This document shows, piece by piece, positions 9,220 to 17,080 of a DNA stretch of 38,208 nucleotides. The notes under the pieces were generated by a model. The model was given only the letters and a program-made list of their open reading frames with translations, was not told the origin of the DNA and searched no databases. How positions within the stretch are numbered: position 1 is the stretch's first letter; each line of letters opens with the position of its first letter. The stretch is taken from IMG/VR virus record IMGVR_UViG_3300048838_001248, positions 64,001 through 102,208 of that record, one strand, 5' to 3'. The DNA is from a virus (taxonomy: Duplodnaviria; Heunggongvirae; Uroviricota; Caudoviricetes). The position numbers were made by a program, and so were the translations under genes.

Positions 9220-10119
9220 TTATTTTAGTAATGGTATGTCTTTCAATACGTTAAGTCTCATGTGACCAACATCATATCTTGTATTCCAAGGTGCTGTGTA
9301 TAAGTATGTAAACACACCATTAAGGTTTAAATCGACAAAATTTTCATATGAATCATCAACAAACATGTCAATACCTGCTTCTTTAGCTGCCTCAACCTTA
9401 CTCTGTCTAATATCAATACTTATCACCTTTTTTCTTGGGAAATGATGCATATCCAACCATTCTTCGGTTATCTCTTTAGGTACTGGTCTTGAGGTTATGT
9501 AACAGTGTGGTTCGAATGGAATTTCTTCCGGTTTCATTAACGGCTGTATTCCAAGATAGAAATCGTTTAATGTGCCATTATTTCTCATTTCATCGAATCT
9601 CTGACCAATTTTTCTATCAAGATACCATGAATTAGGTTCTGCGCTGACTTCAGGATAAAGTTTATTCCATGCAGCAGTAAAATCAGCAAGAACACCATCA
9701 ACATCCAAACCAATTTTCGGTATTTTCATATACTTTTTAGGTCTGTCATCGCCCTGTGGAAATATATAATAAAACGCATTAAGAAAATGTACGTTACATG
9801 CCACGTGTGCAATGTGTAGTCTTCCACTTTCCGGGTCGTAATCTTCGCCTCTTTCAATTGCAGCAATATGCCTTTTCATTGATGCCAAAACGGAAGTCCA
9901 AGACAATCCATTTTCCCAATTACGGTCAAAGTATTTTTCAGCACCCATTGTAAGTACGTCAACCATATCTTCATGTGCTTTAGGGTGAACTAAGTCGTAT
10001 CTTAATTTACCTTTATTAAACCGGAGACCACCGCCTTTACCTGTGGTAGCAGTAACGTCTTTACCCTTTTTTTCTTTGTTTTCCATTATAACTTCTTTAA
10101 CTAAATTTTCGTTTTCCAT
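9220..10119 (-). CDS. DUF5664 dATP/dGTP diphosphohydrolase domain fused to HAD 5'(3')-deoxyribonucleotidase
   Basis: KLRYDL, GAEKY..RNW, DPESGRLHIAHVACN; then GLDVDGVLAD, ITSR, FVDD; start at 10119 abuts upstream stop. Confidence 0.85.
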   Translation of the reverse strand: MENENLVKEVIMENKEKKGKDVTATTGKGGGLRFNKGKLRYDLVHPKAHEDMVDVLTMGAEKYFDRNWENGLSWTSVLASMKRHIAAIERGEDYDPESGRLHIAHVACNVHFLNAFYYIFPQGDDRPKKYMKIPKIGLDVDGVLADFTAAWNKLYPEVSAEPNSWYLDRKIGQRFDEMRNNGTLNDFYLGIQPLMKPEEIPFEPHCYITSRPVPKEITEEWLDMHHFPRKKVISIDIRQSKVEAAKEAGIDMFVDDSYENFVDLNLNGVFTYLYTAPWNTRYDVGHMRLNVLKDIPLLK

Positions 10120-10120
10120 T

Positions 10121-10480
10121 TTATTCAAATATTTTAACTCCAAACATTTCCTGTAATTCTTTAAACGGTGCTTCGTGTGTTATGTCTTCAGTTTTAATAT
10201 CATCGGTAATAGAATACACCTCTAATTCCGTGATTTCCATCTGATATTCTTCAATTGTTTTAATTTTTTCTTCCCTACTTTTTGTGCGTATTGATGTTAC
10301 ATAGGTGAAGAAAGCACGAAGATATCCCGGTGGTAAATCTGGATGTGAAACAATTCTAAGTGAACCCAGAGGTTTTTCTGTATCATTATCTCGTAATATC
10401 CAACGTGCATCTACACGAAGTTCAGTTACATATCCTTTGAGTCTATCCCAGAAGGTGTTATTTAAGTCTATATTATCCAT
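10121..10480 (-). CDS. Hypothetical protein
   Basis: 119-aa ORF in operon. Confidence 0.75.
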   Translation of the reverse strand: MDNIDLNNTFWDRLKGYVTELRVDARWILRDNDTEKPLGSLRIVSHPDLPPGYLRAFFTYVTSIRTKSREEKIKTIEEYQMEITELEVYSITDDIKTEDITHEAPFKELQEMFGVKIFE

Positions 10481-10626
10481 AATAATACTATAACTAATGT
10501 AATTATTGAAATCAGTAATGCGACATTGCCAGTTCTTATTGTTTTACGTATTCGATATTCTTGTCCGAAAACAATATGCTCTGGATGATGTTCTTCAATG
10601 AAGAAATTAACAATTTTCCACCACAT
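10468..10626 (-). CDS. Small membrane protein (52 aa), not in ORF track
   Basis: MWWKIVNFF...ALLISIITLVIVLLWII; C-terminal hydrophobic helix; fills the gap. Confidence 0.65.
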   Translation of the reverse strand: MWWKIVNFFIEEHHPEHIVFGQEYRIRKTIRTGNVALLISIITLVIVLLWII

Positions 10627-10628
10627 AA

Positions 10629-11285
10629 TTATTCTCCCTTTTTACATTCACAGTCGGTGCAAGAACATCCACTTACTTCGTCTGGATTGTAATCTAATTT
10701 AATAATTCTTTCAGGACAACCATGAATTTCCATTGCTCTCACTGCAAGTGCTGCAACTTTCCTGAGTTCATGCGTTGCACCTTCTGTGTCAAGATGATAA
10801 ACCTTTTCTTTGGCTTTGCCTATATGGTATTCAATATAATTAATCCATTCAGCAACTGGTTTTTCTTCATCAGGAGTTCCATCCATTTGTCTGCGTGACC
10901 CCCAATTAGCATCTTGGTAATCTCTTTCACCATCAATGCGTGTATAAATTTCTTCTCTTTCCATAATTATTCCGTTTGTTAAGTTTAATCCAAAATGTAA
11001 TGTATCTTCGATTCTTGATTTTAAATCGAATAGGTTGAAATGTATAAAATCAACATAATTTATTATATCGTCAATTGAAGTAAATATAGTGAAACTATAA
11101 TTTTTCATATCTATATTTTTCACTTGCTTTAGTTCACATCCATTCTTTTTAGAATTATTTAATCCGATTTTTAGATATTCCGGTGTTAATTCTTCTGGAC
11201 ATTGCTCAATAGCTACCAATATTTGACTCAAATCAGTCCAAAAATGACTGTTTGGTTCTACATACATATAATAAGTATGTGTCAT
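10629..11285 (-). CDS. Unknown N-terminal domain fused to a MazG-like NTP pyrophosphohydrolase domain
   Basis: C-half ERDYQD..WG, EW..IEY, HELRKVAALAVRAME; possible internal start at 10964. Confidence 0.65.
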   Translation of the reverse strand: MTHTYYMYVEPNSHFWTDLSQILVAIEQCPEELTPEYLKIGLNNSKKNGCELKQVKNIDMKNYSFTIFTSIDDIINYVDFIHFNLFDLKSRIEDTLHFGLNLTNGIIMEREEIYTRIDGERDYQDANWGSRRQMDGTPDEEKPVAEWINYIEYHIGKAKEKVYHLDTEGATHELRKVAALAVRAMEIHGCPERIIKLDYNPDEVSGCSCTDCECKKGE

Positions 11286-11287
11286 AA

Positions 11288-11737
11288 CTATCTACGATTA
11301 GCCTTGCGACTGGCTTTTGCCTGTTTATTTTTTTTCTGACGATTTTTTCTATAGTCAGTACCGAATTTGGTAATGGTTTTATTGCCTTTGTGAATGGTAT
11401 TCTTAAATTTTATTTTAGAATCCTTGAGTTCTTTGACAACAATTTCATGCTTTTCGTCATCCGTCAATTCCCTTGTTTCAACAACACCGGACTTTGGGTC
11501 AAGGATTTTATATATTTCCTTTCCATCCTCACCTTCAACAGCAGGTTCTTGTGTTTCAACAAATTGAACATAGAATGTAGGGGATATTTTTATGTAATTT
11601 TTTTTGTTTAGGTCGTCTCCAACCAAAAGAAGTTCTTCATCAACTCCTTCCATTATTTTTTCTTCAATTTCAAGTTCATTGCTTAGATTTTCTGCTTCGG
11701 AAGTGAAAGTTACACCACGTTCTAATTCATCTGACAT
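11288..11737 (-). CDS. Hypothetical protein with acidic N-terminus and basic C-terminus
   Basis: 149-aa ORF; TAG stop. Confidence 0.8.
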   Translation of the reverse strand: MSDELERGVTFTSEAENLSNELEIEEKIMEGVDEELLLVGDDLNKKNYIKISPTFYVQFVETQEPAVEGEDGKEIYKILDPKSGVVETRELTDDEKHEIVVKELKDSKIKFKNTIHKGNKTITKFGTDYRKNRQKKNKQAKASRKANRR

Positions 11738-11802
11738 TTTAAATGTAAATTATATAAATGTTATTTTGGGTAAAACTAATCAATCTCCGGGATAAATGCA
11801 AG

Positions 11803-11828
11803 AAAAAAAGGGGCGAACCCCTTTTTTT
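11803..11828. terminator. Intrinsic terminator
   Basis: AAAAAAAGGGG-cgaa-CCCCTTTTTTT. Confidence 0.85.
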
Positions 11829-12147
11829 ATTTTTCATCCTTAATTTCATATTGCTTCAATAATTTATCAATATCGTATTGATATTTCTGAAGAGGATGGT
11901 TTTCTTCAGGATGGCAGTTTTCGATTTGTGAGAAACATTTACCTCTGGCAATACCATATGCTGCATACATGATGCGTAATTTATGACCATTTCTTTGATG
12001 CTCATATGTAGCCTCACTTGCTGGCATTATCCTATCACCTTTAATGTGAACGGTTTTTCTCTGATTTCTGTAAAATTTCTGAATTTCGGCTGCTTTTTTA
12101 ATTCCGTCTTTCATTTCTGCTATGTTTATATTAACTATTGTTTCCAT
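11827..12147 (-). CDS. Phage hypothetical protein downstream of the amber leader
   Basis: 106-aa ORF with LRIMYAAYGIARGKCFSQIE motif. Confidence 0.8.
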   Translation of the reverse strand: METIVNINIAEMKDGIKKAAEIQKFYRNQRKTVHIKGDRIMPASEATYEHQRNGHKLRIMYAAYGIARGKCFSQIENCHPEENHPLQKYQYDIDKLLKQYEIKDEK

Positions 12148-12185
12148 AATAATGTGTATTTAAATTTAAATTATTTTTATTTAAT

Positions 12186-12268
12186 ATCGCAAATTGCGAT
12201 ACGCAATATGCGAAATTTGATATCACATTTTGTGATTTCAAGTTCGCAATTCGCAAATCACGAACTTG
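12186..12268 (-). promoter_or_regulatory. Structured 5' leader of mutually competing hairpins and TTGCG repeats
   Basis: CAAGTTCG/CGAACTTG, ATCACA/TGTGAT, CGCA/TGCG, ATCGCAA/TTGCGAT; alternative pairs GTGATTT/AAATCAC and TGCGAA/TTCGCA. Confidence 0.65.
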
Positions 12269-12283
12269 GTCAGTATCACACTA

Positions 12284-12319
12284 TTATGGAGGTCTGATGT
12301 TTACCTATGTATCTTTCAT
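12284..12319 (-). CDS. Putative leader peptide MKDT(amber)VNIRPP
   Basis: ATG AAA GAT ACA TAG GTA AAC ATC AGA CCT CCA TAA TAG; starts 2 nt after the upstream stop. Confidence 0.6.
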
Positions 12320-12321
12320 AA

Positions 12322-12675
12322 TTATTCAAATTTAGATTTTAAATCGAGATAAAGATTATATTCCGCTTTTTTCTTTGCAGCTTCTTCTTCTTGTTTCCGG
12401 TCTTCAATGACCTTTTTACGTTCAGCCACCATGCGTTCAACTTCTTCTTCTCTTGGTTTAAATTGGTCTTGAATATCAACACCAATTTCTTTTTCGATAG
12501 ACTCAATACTTCTATCGTCAGCATCTTCCCATTTGGGAGATTTGTAGTCAGCATAAAGTTCATCAACCCATTGTTGAACTTCTTCCGGGGTTTCCACATC
12601 GTGCGTGCAGGTTTCTGTTCTTCTACAACATCCGCAACGATAACCATTACCTTGTTCATACGTAATTCTGTACAT
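12322..12675 (-). CDS. Hypothetical protein
   Basis: 117-aa ORF, CGCC motif, coiled-coil C-terminus. Confidence 0.8.
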   Translation of the reverse strand: MYRITYEQGNGYRCGCCRRTETCTHDVETPEEVQQWVDELYADYKSPKWEDADDRSIESIEKEIGVDIQDQFKPREEEVERMVAERKKVIEDRKQEEEAAKKKAEYNLYLDLKSKFE

Positions 12676-13009
12676 AGTCGTAATTTTTAAGTGCCAATTC
12701 TAATTTTTTTGTATGCATCTGCATTTCAGGAGTACCATAATAACAAATAGCAGTCATCTGGTTGTCGATGTCGGGTTCATAAAATGCCACAACATCAGCA
12801 CCATAGTACTGCAATCTATCATAAAGGTCTTTGAGTTTTTCCTCACCATCAATAGATAGTGATACGAGATATTGACTATCTCTCATCCAATCGTGGAATC
12901 GATTGGGAATTTTGTGTGCAAATTCTGCAATTGAATGACCTGTTTGTGCAATCTGTGCACCGGGTTTCAAGTCTGCCCTTACTACTGTTACTAATTTTAC
13001 CTACTTCAT
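12656..13009 (-). CDS. Pth2-like peptidyl-tRNA hydrolase with in-frame TAG at codon 3
   Basis: MK*VKLVTVVRADLKPGAQIAQTGHS and FYEPDIDNQMTAIC; the ORF-track TTG start omits the first beta-strand. Confidence 0.8.
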
Positions 13010-13068
13010 GATACTTGTTTTAATTGTTAATACTACTTGTTTTAGAACTATAAATACTTTTACATTTA

Positions 13069-13099
13069 CAAAGATACAAAAAAAATCTAATTTTGCAAA
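13069..13099 (-). promoter_or_regulatory. Bacteroidota primary-sigma promoter
   Basis: TTTG-N19-TATCTTTG upstream of the Pth2-like gene. Confidence 0.75.
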
Positions 13100-13362
13100 T
13101 TTTCTGCAACAAATTTTTCTGCATTGCTTCTTTTTCCAAAATATTTTAGTGTCCCACCGGGTTCATTCCACTTAGGATTGATGTACGGACCGGCTATTGT
13201 TCCTGCGGGATGCGTTTCCGGTACTTCATGTTTAAACCAACGCATAAAAAAATTACGAATGTCTTCACGAACTTTATGTTCGACCACATTTACGGTATAA
13301 TATTTATCACCTTTATAGATGTCAATACCGTCTTCAGTTGTAAACAATTTAACTTTTTCCAT
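13087..13362 (-). CDS. Hypothetical protein
   Basis: Start moved to MEKVKLFTTEDG; TAG stop. Confidence 0.7.
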   Translation of the reverse strand: MEKVKLFTTEDGIDIYKGDKYYTVNVVEHKVREDIRNFFMRWFKHEVPETHPAGTIAGPYINPKWNEPGGTLKYFGKRSNAEKFVAENLQN

Positions 13363-13501
13363 TTTCTTTGGATTTTTCAAATAATTCAATTTCTTCTCTG
13401 AATGGACATACCTGACAAATCTTAGCACCAACTTTTCTTTGTCTTTTACAGTTTTTGTAAAACCACGTCTCTTTTCCGTCTTTATAAAGTTTATCCTTCA
13501 T
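13349..13501 (-). CDS. Small Cys-containing protein (50 aa), not in ORF track
   Basis: MKDKLYKDGKETWFYKNCKR...ICQVCPFREEI. Confidence 0.65.
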   Translation of the reverse strand: MKDKLYKDGKETWFYKNCKRQRKVGAKICQVCPFREEIELFEKSKENGKS

Positions 13502-13514
13502 ATTATTTTATTTG

Positions 13515-13586
13515 AGGGCATAACGGGATTCGAACCCGTGGACATCGGTTTTAGAGACCGACTGGCGAACCAACCGTCATATGCCC
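13515..13586 (-). tRNA. Amber suppressor tRNA (anticodon CUA)
   Basis: Acceptor GGGCATA/TATGCCC; anticodon arm TCGGT-CTCTAAA-ACCGA; T-arm ACGGG-TTCGAAT-CCCGT; U73; weak D-arm. Confidence 0.85.
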
Positions 13587-13587
13587 G

Positions 13588-13857
13588 TTAATCATCTTCA
13601 AATTTAAATATTTTTTTTCTTATAATTGCATAATTTGTAAAACACAAGCACATTATTTTGAACTCTTTCCCTTCTTTTGCCACCTGATAAATATATTTCT
13701 CACCTTCTTTAATCACACGCTGCAGTTCATTCATATTAATTCCCCATTCCTCTCTTTCTTCTGGTGTACTATTCTGCATTATATAATCAAATCCATCACA
13801 ATTCCGGTCAAATTCCGAAACCGGATAGGTTCGTTTAAGTAGTTCAAAATCTTTCAT
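13588..13857 (-). CDS. Hypothetical protein
   Basis: 89-aa ORF. Confidence 0.75.
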   Translation of the reverse strand: MKDFELLKRTYPVSEFDRNCDGFDYIMQNSTPEEREEWGINMNELQRVIKEGEKYIYQVAKEGKEFKIMCLCFTNYAIIRKKIFKFEDD

Positions 13858-14178
13858 CTAATTTAAAAAGAATTTTGTTTCCCCAATCTTTTCTATTGCT
13901 GCTGGCATTTTGGTTAACCCACAATCAAGAATTAACTTAACGATTTCATCAAGCTGTTCACCTAACTGGTCTTGTAATTCTTTGGGGGTTTTATTTGGGT
14001 CAGAAACTCTGGCAAATATAACTTCATCAAACCTATCGGTTTTGACATAAATTTTGCTGCTCAAGACATGATTTTCTTTCTCATCTCTTTCCCTTTTAAT
14101 TGTTCCATGAAAGCATCTGCTCCAATCAGCTTTTGCCATGAACATTTCCGTTATCTCAACTTTCAATTTTTTCATCAC
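13858..14178 (-). CDS. Hypothetical protein
   Basis: 106-aa ORF; its TAG is directly followed in frame by the next ATG. Confidence 0.75.
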   Translation of the reverse strand: MMKKLKVEITEMFMAKADWSRCFHGTIKRERDEKENHVLSSKIYVKTDRFDEVIFARVSDPNKTPKELQDQLGEQLDEIVKLILDCGLTKMPAAIEKIGETKFFLN

Positions 14179-14190
14179 ATACTTTTTTTG

Positions 14191-14220
14191 ATTATACGGA
14201 GAAAATCTGAAAATGTTACA
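14191..14220 (-). promoter_or_regulatory. Promoter motif TGTAACATTT-N12-CGTATAAT
   Basis: Repeated 30-nt architecture. Confidence 0.75.
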
Positions 14221-14227
14221 AAAAGCA

Positions 14228-14638
14228 CTAATAAATTAATGCTCTATCAAATAAATTGTTCATGATTAGTATTTCAACATCATGAATATCTTCAATATTA
14301 CTGCTATGAACATAAAAACAAATAGCACCAAATTTTAATTTGATTTGATGTATTTCGAAATCCGGGTCAATCTCTGTACATATTTCAACTATTTCATCAA
14401 TAATTTCCATCCATTCTGGAACTATTGGTGTACCTATATCGAAACCATACCAGCCTTTAGGTATGTAATCACAATATTTTTTAAGAAAATAACTATCATT
14501 TTTTTCTGATTCGAATTTTTCTCTTTCTAAAGGATTCGCTCTGAGATAATCATATACACTTCTAAAACCTGTAGGCACTTCAATTGGTTTCAAATCGTAT
14601 TTTGCGAAAATTTCCTCTACGTTACTTAGTATTCTCAT
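14228..14638 (-). CDS. Phage hypothetical protein
   Basis: 136-aa ORF with IHQIKLKFGAICFY motif. Confidence 0.8.
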   Translation of the reverse strand: MRILSNVEEIFAKYDLKPIEVPTGFRSVYDYLRANPLEREKFESEKNDSYFLKKYCDYIPKGWYGFDIGTPIVPEWMEIIDEIVEICTEIDPDFEIHQIKLKFGAICFYVHSSNIEDIHDVEILIMNNLFDRALIY

Positions 14639-14847
14639 AATTGTTTAAGTATTTCTTTGAATTCCTCATCACCAACATTTAATTTAATTCTAAGGTCATC
14701 AATTCGTTCAATTGTCATGCGTGCTTCACCATAAGCATCCTCATGAATAACAAACAAATGATTTTGGTATTGTCCCGAAAAAGGTTTCAATAGTGTCATT
14801 GCACTATCGTCTTCACTGACTACAACTGCTTTTCTTAATGTGCTCAT
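14635..14847 (-). CDS. Hypothetical protein
   Basis: 70-aa ORF, stop overlaps next start. Confidence 0.7.
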   Translation of the reverse strand: MSTLRKAVVVSEDDSAMTLLKPFSGQYQNHLFVIHEDAYGEARMTIERIDDLRIKLNVGDEEFKEILKQL

Positions 14848-14848
14848 A

Positions 14849-15028
14849 TCATGCTGGTAATTTTAATCTTTTAAATAGTACTCTTGAAATATAATCGTCT
14901 CCAAATTTTTCAGGTTTTTCCTCGACATAATATGCAATTTCCCATTCTTCACTTCCTTCTTTATTTAATATATCTATTAGTTCAGAATATGTTCTGAATT
15001 TAATATCTGTTCTTTTATATTCCCACAT
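14849..15028 (-). CDS. DUF4177-like small protein
   Basis: MWEYK...LNKEGSEEWEI; start supported by GTATTTAT at 15042-15049. Confidence 0.7.
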   Translation of the reverse strand: MWEYKRTDIKFRTYSELIDILNKEGSEEWEIAYYVEEKPEKFGDDYISRVLFKRLKLPA

Positions 15029-15113
15029 AACCTTTTTTAATATAAATACAAAATTATGTGGTATACGCAAGATAAATCAAAATTATATAAATGTCAAGGA
15101 AATTTAAATTTTG

Positions 15114-15187
15114 TAGCGGAAGCAGGACTCGAACCTGCGACCTTCAGCCAATGAGACTGACGAGCCGACCAACTGCTCCATTCCGCA
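15114..15187 (-). tRNA. tRNA-Met(CAU), initiator-like with atypical anticodon arm
   Basis: U1:U72 mismatch; arm TCAGT-CTCATTG-GCTGA lacks three G-C pairs. Confidence 0.8.
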
Positions 15188-15192
15188 ATCTG

Positions 15193-15279
15193 CGGAGAGT
15201 AAGAGATTCGAACTCTTGGTACACTTTCATGTACGCCAGTTTAGCAAACTGGTGGTTTCAGCCACTCACCCAACTCTCC
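15193..15279 (-). tRNA. tRNA-Ser(GCU)
   Basis: CCAGT-TTGCTAA-ACTGG, long variable arm, G73. Confidence 0.95.
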
Positions 15280-15283
15280 CCGA

Positions 15284-16198
15284 TTATACTTTTGTTTTAT
15301 CAATAAAAGTCTTAACCGTTTTGTTATTAATTTGCAATACCTTGCCCTTTAAGATTTTGAACATTTCTTCCAGCGTCAGGTCACAATAATCATCTTTCCA
15401 ATCAGCAACATAATAGAGTTTTCTACTGTTTCTGATTACACCAAAAAGAATCGGGTCTTTCTTTTTTTCGATTTCTTCTTTTGTTAATTTTTCACCATTG
15501 TTTTCTGGGTCGTAGTGAAGAATAAGATAATTGTCAAAAATCTTTCTTTCATCAACATCTTTCTTAACCATATAAACTTCTTCGGGGATTATTCTGCCGA
15601 AGTTCTTTATCCAAGTAAGTTTCAAGTTCTTATCTTCTCCAACTTGTTCATAAAATTCAACAAGCTGTTTTTCAGTAACGTATTTTTTTAGTCCCATTGC
15701 AATTAAAATTGCCTCACCTTTAACTGTATCCATAAGGTCAGTTAGTTTTTGAAGGAGTGCCACCTGACCCATCGTTTTTGCCTGTACGAGTGCTTTCTCA
15801 TAATATTCTGCAATCTCGGCAATCGGTGTAAGTTCTTCGTAAGATTTTGACAATTCTGTGAAGAAATCAACAATTGAAATCAGTTTTACTGGTGGTTTTT
15901 CAATCTGAGTCGATTGGGTTTTTTGAATTTTTTTCAAAAGCCAACCAGCAAGTCTGGCTTTAAGTGGTGGTTTGACTTCGACACCATTAACCGATATCAT
16001 ATTATTACCACTATTCGTACCATTGGTTGGTACTGTCACCCACGCTTCATTACCATGTATACCCCATGATAATTTCGGTGTGCTGTCGTCAGCATTCTCA
16101 TTTTCTCTTTTGTGTTTTGGGAGATTTTCGTCTATTTCGAAATAGTCAAATATTGCTAATTCTTTAAGACCGACATTTTTTGCTCTTTGTGAAATCAT
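15284..16198 (-). CDS. Phage hypothetical protein
   Basis: 304-aa ORF with C-terminal KKDPILFG...LYYVADW. Confidence 0.85.
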   Translation of the reverse strand: MISQRAKNVGLKELAIFDYFEIDENLPKHKRENENADDSTPKLSWGIHGNEAWVTVPTNGTNSGNNMISVNGVEVKPPLKARLAGWLLKKIQKTQSTQIEKPPVKLISIVDFFTELSKSYEELTPIAEIAEYYEKALVQAKTMGQVALLQKLTDLMDTVKGEAILIAMGLKKYVTEKQLVEFYEQVGEDKNLKLTWIKNFGRIIPEEVYMVKKDVDERKIFDNYLILHYDPENNGEKLTKEEIEKKKDPILFGVIRNSRKLYYVADWKDDYCDLTLEEMFKILKGKVLQINNKTVKTFIDKTKV

Positions 16199-16200
16199 GA

Positions 16201-16518
16201 TTATTTGTTTTTATAACGTAAAATTACATTCGTTGAAATCCTGTATGCCAGAACTGCTTCCTGATTGTAATGGTCAAGAGTAAAATCAATTATCTCTGAC
16301 ATTTGTTCTTCAGTACAAACGATTCTGCAGGGTATCATTCTGTCAACATAAAGTTTTCCAGTGGGACTAAGCCATTCACCTTTTGCGGGTTTCATGATAG
16401 TTACACCGCCAGTTACTTTCTTCACAAAAGCATCCCACTGCTTATGGTGCTCATAAGTAAACTTCTGGTCTTTGTTATTGGATGCCGGAACTAATATTTC
16501 CCAAAGTTCAGTTTTCAT
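16201..16518 (-). CDS. Hypothetical protein
   Basis: 105-aa ORF, LWEILVP...GGVTIMKPAKGEW. Confidence 0.8.
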   Translation of the reverse strand: MKTELWEILVPASNNKDQKFTYEHHKQWDAFVKKVTGGVTIMKPAKGEWLSPTGKLYVDRMIPCRIVCTEEQMSEIIDFTLDHYNQEAVLAYRISTNVILRYKNK

Positions 16519-16678
16519 CGTTAATCCTTTTCAGTGTTTCTCTTTTTTCTTTCAGTCTTTGTGAGCCGTTGAAGAAATCCAGTCTTTTAATTCCAGCAAC
16601 TCTTGCTTTCAGGAAACCACCACCACGACCCCAATGAAGTCTTTTAGCTACTTTTCTCATTTTACTCTCTGCTGTCAT
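16508..16678 (-). CDS. Small basic protein (56 aa), not in ORF track
   Basis: MTAESKMRKVAKRLHWGRGGGFLKARV...; fills the gap downstream of bL12. Confidence 0.65.
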   Translation of the reverse strand: MTAESKMRKVAKRLHWGRGGGFLKARVAGIKRLDFFNGSQRLKEKRETLKRINDEN

Positions 16679-16680
16679 AT

Positions 16681-17031
16681 TTAATGTATTTCAATTGTTG
16701 CACCACATTCTTCTAATGCTTCTCCAAGTGCTTCAGCATTTTCAATTGAAGTATTTTCAATCACAACACATGGTGCACTATCAACAATATCCTTGGCTTC
16801 TCTAAGACCGATTCCCAGATATTCCTTAATTGTTTTAAGTAACATTAATTTTCTATCACCAGCGTTTCTTAGAAAAACAGTAGCTGTTGTATTAATTTCT
16901 GTTGATATTCCACCAAAATGATATATTGTTGCACTTATATTGTGTTCCAATAGTGCCGAAGTTAACATATCGATTTCAGGCGCACTTAGTTTCGATATTG
17001 TTCTTGCAATTTGTTTTATATTCTTTTCCAT
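16681..17031 (-). CDS. rplL: Ribosomal protein bL12 (L7/L12)-like
   Basis: KLMLLKTIKEYLGIGLREAKDIVDSAP...LEECGATIE matches the bL12 C-terminal domain. Confidence 0.85.
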   Translation of the reverse strand: MEKNIKQIARTISKLSAPEIDMLTSALLEHNISATIYHFGGISTEINTTATVFLRNAGDRKLMLLKTIKEYLGIGLREAKDIVDSAPCVVIENTSIENAEALGEALEECGATIEIH

Positions 17032-17037
17032 AGTGCA

Positions 17038-17067
17038 ATTATACGAAAAATTTTTGGAAATGTTACA
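17038..17067 (-). promoter_or_regulatory. Promoter motif TGTAACATTT-N12-CGTATAAT
   Basis: Directly upstream of the bL12-like ATG. Confidence 0.75.
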
Positions 17068-17080
17068 AATAAATATAAAA

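Noticed and set aside
13440-13514. Theta (HDV-like) ribozyme after the suppressor tRNA
   Set aside because: The 3' trailer is AT-rich and runs into a small ORF, with no nested double-pseudoknot pairing
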